64,000 bases of DNA from a plasmid, in the sequence record NZ_CP017043.1; one strand, given 5' to 3'. Both the position numbers and the translations under genes were made by a program. The notes under the pieces were generated by a model. It did no database searches and was not told the origin of the DNA. It saw nothing but the letters and a program-made list of their open reading frames with translations. The stretch's first letter is position 1; each line of letters opens with the position of its first letter. Below are positions 20,103 to 29,568 of the stretch, piece by piece.

Positions 20103-21415
20103 AACGCAATGTTTTGCGTCACATAGATATTAAAGGTGTAGCCCGGCGCAACTGTCGCAGTCGGTGCCTGTATCTCCGTGAGCGCCGTGAACGCAGACGA
20201 ATCCAGCGTGACGCGATCCACCGCGACCGTAGAAAGCGCCGTTAAAGCACTGTTGAACAAGCCTTTCATGAAGTTGCTCCCCGTATGACGATGGAGCTTC
20301 CCTTGAACGCCCGAATAACCAACACCGTCAACGGCCATCATAGCGTTTCCAATGTTCCATGATCCACCGTTTGGCAGAACTACGGTGTCGAAAGAAAGCC
20401 CAATGCGGCTCGATACGTTTCTGCTGCCGCTGCCGCCTTCCACCTTTCCGATTGTGCCAAGGACACGGCTGCCGGCCGGGATGATCAGATTGAGGCCGTT
20501 TACGTCATACACATCTGCCATCACCTGTGCAATAACCGGTCCCGGTGCATCCGTATTGATCCCCGTCAAGAGCATGGCCGGGATAAGCGTACCGGCCATT
20601 ACGGTACGTTCTGACGGCTCGCTGTAAGTGGGAGATGAACTGCGCTGCGCAGTATTGATGACTCTTCCGCTTGCACTTCCGTCACCTGCAGCCGCAGGGT
20701 CTCCCCCACCAACGCCTGTATCAGATGATTTCCCGCCTCCATCAAAAGCAAAGGCGATCGCAGATCTTAATTGCTCCTTGAAACGATCTGCTGCAGCACG
20801 CTCCTCCTCGATGCGTGCCTGGTCTTGTGACGGCAACGCGTAATTCTGGCTGTATGCGCCGCCGGGAGGAGGCATAACAACCGATGTCCGTGGGACATCG
20901 GCATAGCCCGAATAGCCTGGCTGCTGCGGAATTGCCTGAATTCCTTCCGTTGACTGAGGCGGCACGCCGTTCGGATATTGCTCCTGGGGAATATCCGCAT
21001 TTTTATGCGGGTCTTGCTGCTGGCGATTCCTTGATGCGTTCGCTCGTTCAAGCGCCCCGTAATCATCGGACAGTCTGCTTGTACTTCCTCCCTGGACGCG
21101 TGCAGAGTCCGCAATATCTTCGACGCGGGCGCTCTTTTTCTCCGTATGCTCGCCATCATCGCTCGCTGCGTAGAAAAATGCCAAACCAAAGACGAGAAAG
21201 AAAAACACCACAATCCCTGTAACAACAGGCTTTGAGAGGCCAAAGATCGTATCATGCTCTCCTTTGAGCATGGACTTATTGCCCTCTGGTGTCTTAATAT
21301 CCATCCCCTTATCCAACTCTTCGTCCGGAATGGCAAGCCCTTCTTCATCCTTCTTCATTTTCAATTTTCGCCCAGCGACTTCCGAGAGATTGCCTATGAT
21401 CTCTTTCAGTTTCAA
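20099..21415 (-). CDS. virB10: VirB10/TrbI-like T4SS protein
   Basis: N-terminal TM (VVTGIVVFFFLVFGLAFFYAA), a Pro-rich linker and a C-terminal beta domain (VLGTIGKVEGGSGSRNVSSRIGLSFDTVVLPNGG...GVGYSGVQGKLHRH), which is the VirB10 topology. Confidence 0.8.
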   Translation of the reverse strand: MKLKEIIGNLSEVAGRKLKMKKDEEGLAIPDEELDKGMDIKTPEGNKSMLKGEHDTIFGLSKPVVTGIVVFFFLVFGLAFFYAASDDGEHTEKKSARVEDIADSARVQGGSTSRLSDDYGALERANASRNRQQQDPHKNADIPQEQYPNGVPPQSTEGIQAIPQQPGYSGYADVPRTSVVMPPPGGAYSQNYALPSQDQARIEEERAAADRFKEQLRSAIAFAFDGGGKSSDTGVGGGDPAAAGDGSASGRVINTAQRSSSPTYSEPSERTVMAGTLIPAMLLTGINTDAPGPVIAQVMADVYDVNGLNLIIPAGSRVLGTIGKVEGGSGSRNVSSRIGLSFDTVVLPNGGSWNIGNAMMAVDGVGYSGVQGKLHRHTGSNFMKGLFNSALTALSTVAVDRVTLDSSAFTALTEIQAPTATVAPGYTFNIYVTQNIAF

Positions 21416-21437
21416 TGAAGTCAGCTCCTTTCAAGGG

Positions 21438-22568
21438 TTATTTCTTGCGCTCAATCCTGACAATATCACTTTCTCCATACCGCAGTTCCGCGCGGTCGAT
21501 AATTCGGTCGATGATATAGCAGTTGTCTTTTGTCTTGAAGTTCGCCAGGCTGAGATCCTTTTTCCCAGGCTCGCGGATGAACAATGCGGGCAAACGCTTC
21601 ACGCCTTTGTTCACACGGATGATGGTTTTCTCCCCATCGTCGAAAACCATCTCCGGCTTATAGCTGTCATTTCCTTTCACGGAGACCTTGTAGGAAAAAT
21701 TCAGTTTGTCAACGCCGGTCACACTCATATCCGCCGTAATGGTCTGCTCATCCTTTGCGTTTTGCAGGATCGCAGTCTGGGCGTCCTCGAGGCCGTAGCT
21801 CCACCGCACCATGGGATTATACCAATCACTCACAGTGAGGATCAGCTGATAGCTCCTCTTATTCGTGGTGATGATCAGGTTTGTCGTACTGGACTGCACG
21901 ACCGGTTTGACGTAGATGTGCGGCACACCAGCCACGGTCGTAGCATTGACTGCCCACGAACTGGTGTCGCCCCCGCCCACAAAGGAGATCTGCTCGCCCT
22001 TTTTCAGCTCAATATCCGTGAGGTATCCTGTACGGCAGTAAATTTTGTAGAGCTGATCGGGCGCATACGAAAAGGTCATCGTGCTGTTTCCCTGTGCGTT
22101 GGCAGCATCCTGCGTGTAGGAGACAGTATTCCCGCCGTATGGCACTGGATTGATGAGTGCCCGCCTGGAAGAATTGTCATCATAATCGTTGTATGACGCT
22201 CTGTACCTGCTCTCCAGGAGCTGCATCAGCTCCATCTGCAGATCGGACTGAGCTCTAAGCTCTGCCTCGAGATCTGCCAGTCGCTCAGAAATCGTGCGGA
22301 TCAGGTCTTCGTTTCCGCTGTTTTTCTGATCCTTCAGCGACTCGAGTTGTCCGGTCAAGCTGTCCAATTCGTTTTGAAGCTGTTCGCTGTGCCGCATCGC
22401 ACTTTCTGCTGCACCGCTGATTTCAGGATCGGCCTCCTGCTCCACGGGCGCATATTTTGCTCGGAATTCCGAAAGCGTGGCCGCATTGACCGTCCCTGAA
22501 CCCCATACGCTGGAGCACAGGAGCGAGCAGCAAACAAGCAGTTTGAGATTAGCTTTGTTCAGTTTCAT
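21438..22568 (-). CDS. virB9: VirB9/TrbG-like T4SS protein
   Basis: Signal peptide MKLNKANLKLLVCCSLLCSSVWGSGTVNA. The N-terminal VirB9/CagX pattern is present: YLTDIELKKGEQISFVGGGDTSSWAVN...IYVKPVV...TNLIITTNKRSYQLIL. Confidence 0.8.
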   Translation of the reverse strand: MKLNKANLKLLVCCSLLCSSVWGSGTVNAATLSEFRAKYAPVEQEADPEISGAAESAMRHSEQLQNELDSLTGQLESLKDQKNSGNEDLIRTISERLADLEAELRAQSDLQMELMQLLESRYRASYNDYDDNSSRRALINPVPYGGNTVSYTQDAANAQGNSTMTFSYAPDQLYKIYCRTGYLTDIELKKGEQISFVGGGDTSSWAVNATTVAGVPHIYVKPVVQSSTTNLIITTNKRSYQLILTVSDWYNPMVRWSYGLEDAQTAILQNAKDEQTITADMSVTGVDKLNFSYKVSVKGNDSYKPEMVFDDGEKTIIRVNKGVKRLPALFIREPGKKDLSLANFKTKDNCYIIDRIIDRAELRYGESDIVRIERKK

Positions 22569-22587
22569 TCTTCATTCTCCTCTTCTT

Positions 22588-23358
22588 TTATGGCTTGGTC
22601 GTCTGAGTTGCCTGTGCAGTCTGTGGCGCATTCGGCTCCTGGGTAGCCTTCGTTTCAGTATCCCGCTCCCAGCGCAGATCCTTGATGTAGATACCCAGAG
22701 GGTTGACGGCGAGTTTCTCCTTGTCGTCCGTCTTGATGATTTCAACGGTGAATAGTCCTGTATACGGCGTAACTTCACGTCGGCTGGCACCAGCCCGGTA
22801 TTCAACCTCTGACCAGCGCACCTGATAGCTTTTACCGCCCTCCATGGGAATAACGCTGTTGATCGTGACCTGAACGGTCGCATTATGCATCTTCTGCACA
22901 CGATTCTCCGCTTCCATGCGCGACGTGAGGATATTCGCACCATCTTTGGTTAAGAAGCTATAAGCTGTGCTCAGCTGCTTATTGTAAACGACCTCATCCA
23001 AAGGAACGCTGCGAATATCCTGGACAAACTGACGGATAAAGTAACTATACACCTCATCGCTCGGCGTATAGTTGGCCATGGAATTTGCTGTCCCGACGTT
23101 GCGAACCTCCCCTGTCTTGATGTCCGTTTCGACTACATAGACAAGCGTGTTCTCGGTGATTGCTTTGTAGCACAGAGCCCCGGCCAGCGCCACGATGACA
23201 ATGACAAGCCCCAATAAAAGCCGCCGCAGATTGTAATTCTGCTCAATGATCTCTCCCTCGCGGGCGTCCCACTTGCGGCTGGCTTTCTCAGCCGGACTTT
23301 GCGAAGTCGTCGGCGGCGTAAAATGCTCCGCGCGATGAAACAGTTGATCAATCTTCAA
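22588..23358 (-). CDS. virB8: VirB8/TrbF-like T4SS protein
   Basis: Cytoplasmic N-terminus, one TM (LLLGLVIVIVALAGALCY), a periplasmic NTF2-like region, and the conserved NPLGIYIKDL motif. Confidence 0.8.
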   Translation of the reverse strand: MKIDQLFHRAEHFTPPTTSQSPAEKASRKWDAREGEIIEQNYNLRRLLLGLVIVIVALAGALCYKAITENTLVYVVETDIKTGEVRNVGTANSMANYTPSDEVYSYFIRQFVQDIRSVPLDEVVYNKQLSTAYSFLTKDGANILTSRMEAENRVQKMHNATVQVTINSVIPMEGGKSYQVRWSEVEYRAGASRREVTPYTGLFTVEIIKTDDKEKLAVNPLGIYIKDLRWERDTETKATQEPNAPQTAQATQTTKP

Positions 23359-24014
23359 GAAAATACCTCCCTGACATTCTTTGTTGATAAAGACTTTATG
23401 CCAATGCCGTATCGGATGAGATGACCGATCAGCATAGAAATAAGGGAAACGAGTGGGTTGCAGAGACCGAACAAGACGCCGTAGAAGATCCCTTTGCGTC
23501 TGTCTCCTTTGAAGTGACTCCTAAGAAAAAGAGCTGCCATACTGACAGAGACGATTTCAACGCCAAAAATCCGCATAGTTTGCTCTTCCAGAGGAAGAAA
23601 CGCCAACTGATATAACCAGTGCGGCATGGGCAGAGCAAGCAAATAATAGAGGAGTACAAGGATAAGCCCGGCGAGATCGTATGGGATATATGTCTCCGTA
23701 TGCTGATTCTGTTCTGCGCGGTGGAAACGGCAGAACACGTAAAACGCTGCTGCGCCCATACCGCATAGGAGAAAATATATCAGTACCGCTTTTTCATAGA
23801 TAAACGCGCCGGCGAGAAACAGCAGAAAGAGAAGCTTTACATCCATCCCTATGCCGGATAAATCCGCACAGGAGATGTGCCATAAGAGAAACGAAAGAAA
23901 AAGCACATATAAGGGATTTTCCGGCTTCGTAAAGTAGATCAGCAGGACATCCAGCACAAATATCCCGGCCAGATGCTTCCATATCACATAGAACACCTCC
24001 AACCCAAATTTCAT
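23355..24014 (-). CDS. polytopic membrane protein with an A24 prepilin-peptidase-like motif (GMDVKLL)
   Basis: About six TM helices. GIGMDVKLLFLLFLAGA resembles the GxGDxKLL second-Asp box of TadV/CpaA/PilD peptidases. A possible first-Asp region is FVLDVLLIYFTKPENP. It overlaps the VirB8 gene by 4 nt. Confidence 0.4.
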   Translation of the reverse strand: MKFGLEVFYVIWKHLAGIFVLDVLLIYFTKPENPLYVLFLSFLLWHISCADLSGIGMDVKLLFLLFLAGAFIYEKAVLIYFLLCGMGAAAFYVFCRFHRAEQNQHTETYIPYDLAGLILVLLYYLLALPMPHWLYQLAFLPLEEQTMRIFGVEIVSVSMAALFLRSHFKGDRRKGIFYGVLFGLCNPLVSLISMLIGHLIRYGIGIKSLSTKNVREVFS

Positions 24015-24063
24015 TTTATCTAAAAAAAGCTGCTGAAATTCCTGTCATTTGTCAGCAGCGTCG

Positions 24064-24582
24064 TTACTCTTTCGATTTCTCGCTGTCTGATGAAAAACGG
24101 CTTCCTTCGCCGCCGTAGTAAGTAATTGCGTCAGACGGCTGCGTGCTTCCGTTTCCGCTCTGGATGAAGGCGATTGGATCTGAATATTTGCGTTCCCGTG
24201 CTTCGCTGTGTGATGCGGAAGCATTTTCTGCAGCGCCCTGCATAGCTTCTTGTGGAAGTGTTACCGGGCGCGCTGTAATGACGGGAATATTCGGCCTTGG
24301 GAAGTTGATGTTGGGAATGCTCGGCAGCGCTCTTCCTGGGTGTGTATTTGCCCCGTCCTTATGCGCAGCAGCAGAGAACGCAATGAAGGGGCTAAGCTCA
24401 CGTATGGTCTCATGGAATATGGGGACTGCCTGTGGCAGATTCACATCTGCAGCAGGTGTAATCTGCATAAAACTGTCCCGTATCTTCGTATCTGTGGTAT
24501 ATGCGGATCCCATGACAGCACCATAGAGAGCGGTCACAAGCAATGCTCCCAGGATCTTCCCCTTTTTCTGTATCATCAGCAT
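24064..24582 (-). CDS. secreted or membrane-anchored hypothetical protein
   Basis: Likely start MLMIQKKGKILGALLVTALYGAVMG (signal/TM), with a GGAGG RBS 6 nt upstream. Pro-rich middle. Confidence 0.5.
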   Translation of the reverse strand: MLMIQKKGKILGALLVTALYGAVMGSAYTTDTKIRDSFMQITPAADVNLPQAVPIFHETIRELSPFIAFSAAAHKDGANTHPGRALPSIPNINFPRPNIPVITARPVTLPQEAMQGAAENASASHSEARERKYSDPIAFIQSGNGSTQPSDAITYYGGEGSRFSSDSEKSKE

Positions 24583-24592
24583 AGGCAGCCTC

Positions 24593-25084
24593 CTACTTTG
24601 TATAAATACGGCAGCGTAAATCTGTCTGCACATATCCGTCTACTGGATACATCTTGATAGACATGATGGATACGAGCGCATCCTTTGCACGAAAGTCCTC
24701 TAAAAACGTGATATTGTTTGCATACGCTCCTTTGACCGACAACGTGAATGTTTGAAACGGCGCTTCTTCCTCGCCGCTGGAATGCAGGGATTGATAAGAA
24801 ATAAGTTCCAGCTGATGCGCCTGGACTGCAAAAAGAATATCCGACGATACTGCCTCTATTTGCTCCGGAAGAACCGGGCGATAGGTTTGATTGTTGATAA
24901 AACCAGCCTGTTCCTGCCACTCTGTCATTGTTGCACGGATCTCGGCCGCTTGCTGATAAAGAGTGCTGAGTTTGCCAAGACTGAGAAAAAGCGCTGCCGT
25001 CATGCAACATCCACCGATGAGCAGCAATAAAAGCAGACCAGCACGTATATAGCTTTGAGGATTCAATCGTCCGCACATATTCAC
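24593..25084 (-). CDS. membrane-anchored periplasmic protein (163 aa), PilO/GspM-like architecture
   Basis: N-terminal TM (LLLLLLIGGCCMTAALFLSLG), then a coiled coil plus an alpha/beta domain. Chosen over the overlapping 24576..25094 frame, which translates to low-complexity junk. Confidence 0.5.
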   Translation of the reverse strand: MNMCGRLNPQSYIRAGLLLLLLIGGCCMTAALFLSLGKLSTLYQQAAEIRATMTEWQEQAGFINNQTYRPVLPEQIEAVSSDILFAVQAHQLELISYQSLHSSGEEEAPFQTFTLSVKGAYANNITFLEDFRAKDALVSIMSIKMYPVDGYVQTDLRCRIYTK

Positions 25085-25554
25085 GGCTGCACACTCCTTA
25101 TCGAGAGTCTCACAACTCTGCGCCCCTCGGCGTCCTGGTATATGCTGTCAATAGAGGAGTCTCTAAGCATGGGGCTGCGGTTTATGTTTTCACGGAAGGC
25201 TTGCAGCGCGCCATCATTCTCCGGCATAAAGGTCACATACGCATATGGCAGCGCATTCCCATCTGCATCATAGAGATCACCAACGGCGACCTCCAGCAAG
25301 TGACAGCCATCGGGTCTTGCCATCAGCAACTCGTTGAGTCCCTGTCGAACATGGGGATCTTCTTTTTCCGCAAGCTGAATGCTCTGCATTTCGCGCCGCA
25401 TCTGAACAAGATCTTTGTTTGCCTGATCGTAGTCGGACAGCTGCGCCTGGGAAAAATGAATGGTCGAGCTATAAATAACGACCGTCGCTTCCATGCAGAA
25501 CAGGATCAGCAGACAGATCACGGTCATTTTGTGTTTCCTCAGCTTTTCATTCAC
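25081..25554 (-). CDS. membrane-anchored protein (157 aa), PilN-like architecture
   Basis: TM (MTVICLLILFCMEATVVIY) followed by a coiled coil. ATGA overlap with the downstream gene. Confidence 0.5.
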   Translation of the reverse strand: MNEKLRKHKMTVICLLILFCMEATVVIYSSTIHFSQAQLSDYDQANKDLVQMRREMQSIQLAEKEDPHVRQGLNELLMARPDGCHLLEVAVGDLYDADGNALPYAYVTFMPENDGALQAFRENINRSPMLRDSSIDSIYQDAEGRRVVRLSIRSVQP

Positions 25555-25585
25555 CGAGCAATCAACTCCTTTGGGCGAATAAAAT

Positions 25586-26098
25586 TCATAAGATAACGCC
25601 GTCTTTCTTTACGAAGAATCTCGGGACAAGGGTTCCGATGCGCGTTTCTATGATGTCATCGGGCTGCATTGATCTCCTTGCAACCATCGTGACCGATTGT
25701 CCATGCGCATCCATATAGAGATATGCGCAGCCTGTGAGCATACGCCATATCCCTGCACCGGAATTTTTCTGCTTGGCATACGCGCTCCAATCCATCTCTC
25801 TTATAGCAGGATCGTCCGACAGTCTCTTCAACGTCTGCCGGAAAGCGCAAACATCAAATTCCTTCGTTGCTGCTGTAACGGTCACGGCAATATCGTGCGT
25901 CATAATGCGCAGCGTGATCAAAATAGGCGAACTGTGTTCACCTATGGAATACTCTGCAGCGTTGGCTACTGCCGCCTCGATGGCTTCCAGGAAAGTATGG
26001 TCGTTATAAAAAAAAGACCGATACAAGATGCCGTAAATTTGTTCTTGCATTTCAGCGTACTCGTCAAGCCCAGAGCATTGAAATTGGTGGTGTTGCAT
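25586..26098 (-). CDS. hypothetical cytoplasmic protein (170 aa), weak GHKL/anti-sigma-like pattern
   Basis: ORF track. AIEAAVANAAEYS...ILITLRI...DIAVTVT...NSGAGIWRM loosely resembles SpoIIAB/RsbW-type HATPase boxes. Confidence 0.35.
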   Translation of the reverse strand: MQHHQFQCSGLDEYAEMQEQIYGILYRSFFYNDHTFLEAIEAAVANAAEYSIGEHSSPILITLRIMTHDIAVTVTAATKEFDVCAFRQTLKRLSDDPAIREMDWSAYAKQKNSGAGIWRMLTGCAYLYMDAHGQSVTMVARRSMQPDDIIETRIGTLVPRFFVKKDGVIL

Positions 26099-26111
26099 TG
26101 CACATCCTCAT

Positions 26112-26627
26112 CTATTTTGTCAATAAAGGTATGACGCGGCTATATATCCGATCTGTCGAGATCGTGCCGGTATAGCGCCCATCATAACTCCTTGCCGCGT
26201 ATGTATATGGCAGGAACTGTCCCTGCTCAATCTCGTAGAACCCGCAGCGCGGCGTCATTGTGTGTCCCTTCCCATCGCCGGTCATAGCGTATCCGATCAG
26301 CTTTCCATTGACGCTGAACCGAAGATCTGGATCGACCTCATAGAAACCGCCCTCTATCGCTGCGTATTTGATGAACGCAGGATCAGCATCGTTCGGCAGC
26401 CAACCATTATGACGAACGGTCTCCATAACATCTTCATCCTGTTCATAAGCAACAATATCCCCATCTCGAACCGCAAAGCCGGGAATCGCAAGGTAGAGCC
26501 CAATAGGGAGACTGGCCGTTGTATTCATGTAAATCAATGTGGGCATCTGCAGATGAAGCGGATTGACCACGAGAAATACATATAACCACAATGCAGACCA
26601 GATATAGAAACGCCTTGTTATGCGCAT
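26112..26627 (-). CDS. traF: TraF-like conjugative signal peptidase (S26 family) for pilin maturation
   Basis: Start MRITRRFYIW with a GGAGGAG RBS. N-terminal TM. NTTASLPIGLY matches the TraF SxPxGxY box. RSYDGRYTG matches the S26 box D (SxDSRYxG). Confidence 0.7.
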   Translation of the reverse strand: MRITRRFYIWSALWLYVFLVVNPLHLQMPTLIYMNTTASLPIGLYLAIPGFAVRDGDIVAYEQDEDVMETVRHNGWLPNDADPAFIKYAAIEGGFYEVDPDLRFSVNGKLIGYAMTGDGKGHTMTPRCGFYEIEQGQFLPYTYAARSYDGRYTGTISTDRIYSRVIPLLTK

Positions 26628-26727
26628 ATGATCTCCTCCGACATTATTGTATATCAGAGAAAATCCCCATTTTTCCTGTCTTTTGAACAAAAAAGATCTG
26701 TTCGTTTTGAACAGATCAAAGGCCTTT

Positions 26728-27441
26728 TCAAAAGATATAGCTTTTCACTTCATCTTGAAAGTTTCGTACATACCGGCCGAAGCTGCCGGAGTTCAGCCCG
26801 CATTTATCCGCAAGGACGATATTGGAATCATACGGACTCTCCACTATGGTTGCAACAGCAATATTCATGCGGCTATCCTGGTGTAAAATACACTCATCAA
26901 TCCTCTCGAGGAGCTGGCTGTATTGGTCATAATATTGCACAAGCGAGTGAAACCAAAATTCGTCAATGATCTTAAACTCGGGATCCAACTCTTCTTTTGC
27001 GGCAATGATGGTCGCCAGTACCTCCAACATGTTTATGATTTTTGTCCGGAGAAAAACATCGTTGACGGTCAAACGATACTGCAAAGCGTTGAGCACATTG
27101 AGTTTAATCGCTGAATTCCATATGCCTAACTGAGATGAGGATACATGCAGCAGCTCCGTCTGCTTGACAATCGTCTCCTTACGTCTGTATTTCAGATCAA
27201 CGAAGGCCTGCCAGTCCTGCGGGAGAGACTGGATCACCATATCGACCAAGATATAATTCGTTTCCTGCTTCATGATGCGAAACAGAATTTTCCCCCACAT
27301 CGCAGAATCTTTGGCCGAGAGTTCTCGGACAAAGTGTTTTAATTCTGCCAACTCGGTTCGTTTCTTTTGTGCCTTGAAATGCTCATTGAGCATTGTCTCG
27401 GCCAAGTACATTCCCATGATCGGCTTATTGTAGTACAGCAT
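26728..27441 (-). CDS. hypothetical regulatory protein (237 aa)
   Basis: ORF track. All-helical with a possible C-terminal HTH (LADKCGLNSGSFGRYVR). It sits between the T4SS and replication modules. Confidence 0.35.
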   Translation of the reverse strand: MLYYNKPIMGMYLAETMLNEHFKAQKKRTELAELKHFVRELSAKDSAMWGKILFRIMKQETNYILVDMVIQSLPQDWQAFVDLKYRRKETIVKQTELLHVSSSQLGIWNSAIKLNVLNALQYRLTVNDVFLRTKIINMLEVLATIIAAKEELDPEFKIIDEFWFHSLVQYYDQYSQLLERIDECILHQDSRMNIAVATIVESPYDSNIVLADKCGLNSGSFGRYVRNFQDEVKSYIF

Positions 27442-27456
27442 ATGACCTCCGTTGTC

Positions 27457-27867
27457 TTATTCATGGGCAAGGCTCGGATAAGCCAAGCTTCGGCAAAAAG
27501 TATTCAATCGATCATAGTCTATGGTATATGCTTTTGTGTGATCGAAAGATTTTTTCCCTTCAGCCTTGATTGTAAGGATGAAATCCTGTTGTACAAGAGA
27601 ATGAACAATCCTCTTGATAGTGCTTTCAGACCAGAAAGGGAATTCCCCATGCTGCCAGTCTGCGATTGTTTTGCATACCCATTTGCGCTCATTCTCATGG
27701 AGGCATAGCTCCGTCGTAAGAAGTTGGTCAAGTCGATGGAGAAATATCGCCTCGTTCATGCCGATCACGACTGCAAGCTCTGCTCCAAAAGAAATGATGT
27801 TCTCTCCACCGCACACGGGCGTAGATACGATGTCCATGATGTACCTCCTTGCATAATACGTCATCAC
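27457..27867 (-). CDS. RepA_N-like winged-helix protein (short paralog, 136 aa)
   Basis: Shares GMNEAIFLHRLDQLL...KWVCKTIADWQHGEFPFWSESTIKRIVHSLVQQDFI...KAYTIDYDRL with the N-terminus of the adjacent 381-aa protein. Firmicute RepA_N pattern (S.STIKR.I.SL, YTI.Y). Confidence 0.6.
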   Translation of the reverse strand: MMTYYARRYIMDIVSTPVCGGENIISFGAELAVVIGMNEAIFLHRLDQLLTTELCLHENERKWVCKTIADWQHGEFPFWSESTIKRIVHSLVQQDFILTIKAEGKKSFDHTKAYTIDYDRLNTFCRSLAYPSLAHE

Positions 27868-27935
27868 TCATTCAGTATAACCGAATGCAGAATTAAAATA
27901 CTGCACGTTTTTCTGAATGCGAAGACCGTATTTCG

Positions 27936-29081
27936 TCAAGGACTCGCCCGTCCATCCACAATTCCATGTCTTCGCAGAAACTCCTGGGCAAACACAGATC
28001 CCTCACCGTCGGCAGCTGCCTGGCGTGTGAGAAACTCGTGCAGGTTTTGTCGGTGTTCTTGTTTTTGCTCTTTTGGGGCAGGAGGCGGTACAGGTGGAAC
28101 ATAACTGCCAGGGGGCTGTGTTTGGGTTGGAGTTGATTCTTGCCGTGGAGTAACAGGCGCAAATGTATAGTTTTCTTTGAGCGCAGCATGAAGCCAGCCC
28201 GTCGGATTCCGGATGATCTTCGTCTGCATGGCGATCTCCAAAAGTCGGGCTTTGTCGCGCACTTTCTCCTCTCCGTAGCGACGAATAAACTGCTCCAGCG
28301 ATGATGTGGATACCCCCAGTGCAGCACAAAGGCCGCGAACGTCGCCTGTTGTTGTTTCACGTATTCTATGCGTGTTCTCTGTTGTAGTCTCTGTTACGCG
28401 CGCGCGCGAGGAGGGTGCCCAAACCCGCGCCGTTACTGGGGTTTCAGCACCTTCCGTCCGTGGTGTCAAATTGACCTCTGTACGTGGTTCATCTTGCTCC
28501 CCATGTGGTGTCATTTTGACACTTATGCGTGGTTCACCTGATTTGACCTTTTGACCTTCTATGTTATCTTCCGATATATCAGCGGCCTCATGTTCTGGTT
28601 GTGTGTCCTCGGGAGCATGGACGTCTTCGACATATTCCATCTGCTCTCGCATCGGTGGAGGCGCAGAAATACGCCGGTCGACACTTTCTACGCTCTCCTG
28701 AAATTGCTTATGTACGATTTTTTCACTAAGCTCTTCGATCAACTCATAGTTAATGGTGTAGGCCTTCGTCTTGTTGTAGGAATTTCCGATTACCGTCGAT
28801 AACATCACCTCTTGATCTTCAAGAGACTTGATGGTGCGTTTAATCGTGCTCTCCGACCAAAACGGAAATTGGACATTCCATTGCTTGACGGTATTATAAA
28901 TCCAACGGCGTCCGTATTCGTCGCAGATGCCCGCCTCACGGCTGATCCAGTATTGCAGCTGCTGCAGAAATATCGCCTCATTCAGGCCGATGAGAACGGC
29001 AAGGTTCGGCTGAACGGTAAGCGGGGATTCTTGGATCAGAAGACTTGACGCTGCCATCGTTCTCCACCTTCCTATTGCCAT
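27936..29081 (-). CDS. repA: replication initiator, RepA_N family
   Basis: N-terminal RepA_N-like domain (LIGLNEAIFLQQLQYWISREAGICDEYGRRWIYNTVKQW..FPFWSESTIKRTIKSLEDQEVM...KAYTINYELI), an acidic/Pro-rich linker, and a helical C-terminal domain. Confidence 0.6.
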   Translation of the reverse strand: MAIGRWRTMAASSLLIQESPLTVQPNLAVLIGLNEAIFLQQLQYWISREAGICDEYGRRWIYNTVKQWNVQFPFWSESTIKRTIKSLEDQEVMLSTVIGNSYNKTKAYTINYELIEELSEKIVHKQFQESVESVDRRISAPPPMREQMEYVEDVHAPEDTQPEHEAADISEDNIEGQKVKSGEPRISVKMTPHGEQDEPRTEVNLTPRTEGAETPVTARVWAPSSRARVTETTTENTHRIRETTTGDVRGLCAALGVSTSSLEQFIRRYGEEKVRDKARLLEIAMQTKIIRNPTGWLHAALKENYTFAPVTPRQESTPTQTQPPGSYVPPVPPPAPKEQKQEHRQNLHEFLTRQAAADGEGSVFAQEFLRRHGIVDGRASP

Positions 29082-29545
29082 AAAACGAGCGGATCGACAT
29101 ACATATAATTCCCATCCGCCCCTCGAATAATGTACTCGAGGTGCAGATGAGGTCCGGTCACGCGTCCCGTTGCACCAACAAGACCGATAATCGTGCCCTG
29201 TCCCACATACTCATCGACTCTGACATCAACCTCGGACATATGAGCATAGCGTGTATATCCATCAAATAACGGATGATAGAGAAGCACTTGATTACCATAA
29301 CCGTCCGCATAGTCGCCGGCTTGTATGACAACGCCGTCGAATAATGCGGGGATAGGCGTTCCTGCCGGATACCCTAGGTCGACACCTGCGTGGAAAGACC
29401 ATTCTCCTGAGATCGGATGGTAACGCCATCCGAACGCAGACGTGACAGGAAGATCCGAAGCGTATGCCTGTGCTGACAGGAAAACTAAAAGCCCCATTAG
29501 AGCCGCAGAAAAAAACGCTTCTCGTATTCTGCCCACATTATCCAC
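29072..29545 (-). CDS. secreted M23 (LytM) family peptidase
   Basis: Signal peptide AALMGLLVFLSAQAYA. HAGVDLGYPAGTPI...GYGNQVLLYH...YAHMSEV...GLVGATGRVTGPHLHLEY gives the HxxxD and HxH zinc-site motifs. Confidence 0.85.
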   Translation of the reverse strand: MDNVGRIREAFFSAALMGLLVFLSAQAYASDLPVTSAFGWRYHPISGEWSFHAGVDLGYPAGTPIPALFDGVVIQAGDYADGYGNQVLLYHPLFDGYTRYAHMSEVDVRVDEYVGQGTIIGLVGATGRVTGPHLHLEYIIRGADGNYMYVDPLVLWQ

Positions 29546-29568
29546 TCCCCCAAAAACAACATTATGTT

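Noticed and set aside
21264-22196. 310-aa plus-strand ORF across the VirB9/VirB10 region
   Set aside because: It is antisense to two minus-strand genes with clear VirB9 and VirB10 signatures.
24576-25094. 172-aa ORF overlapping the 163-aa ORF 24593..25084 in another frame
   Set aside because: Its translation is low-complexity (SGANRGS, CSPGASAG) with no TM or domain logic. The 163-aa frame gives a clean TM plus a folded domain and tidy operon spacing.
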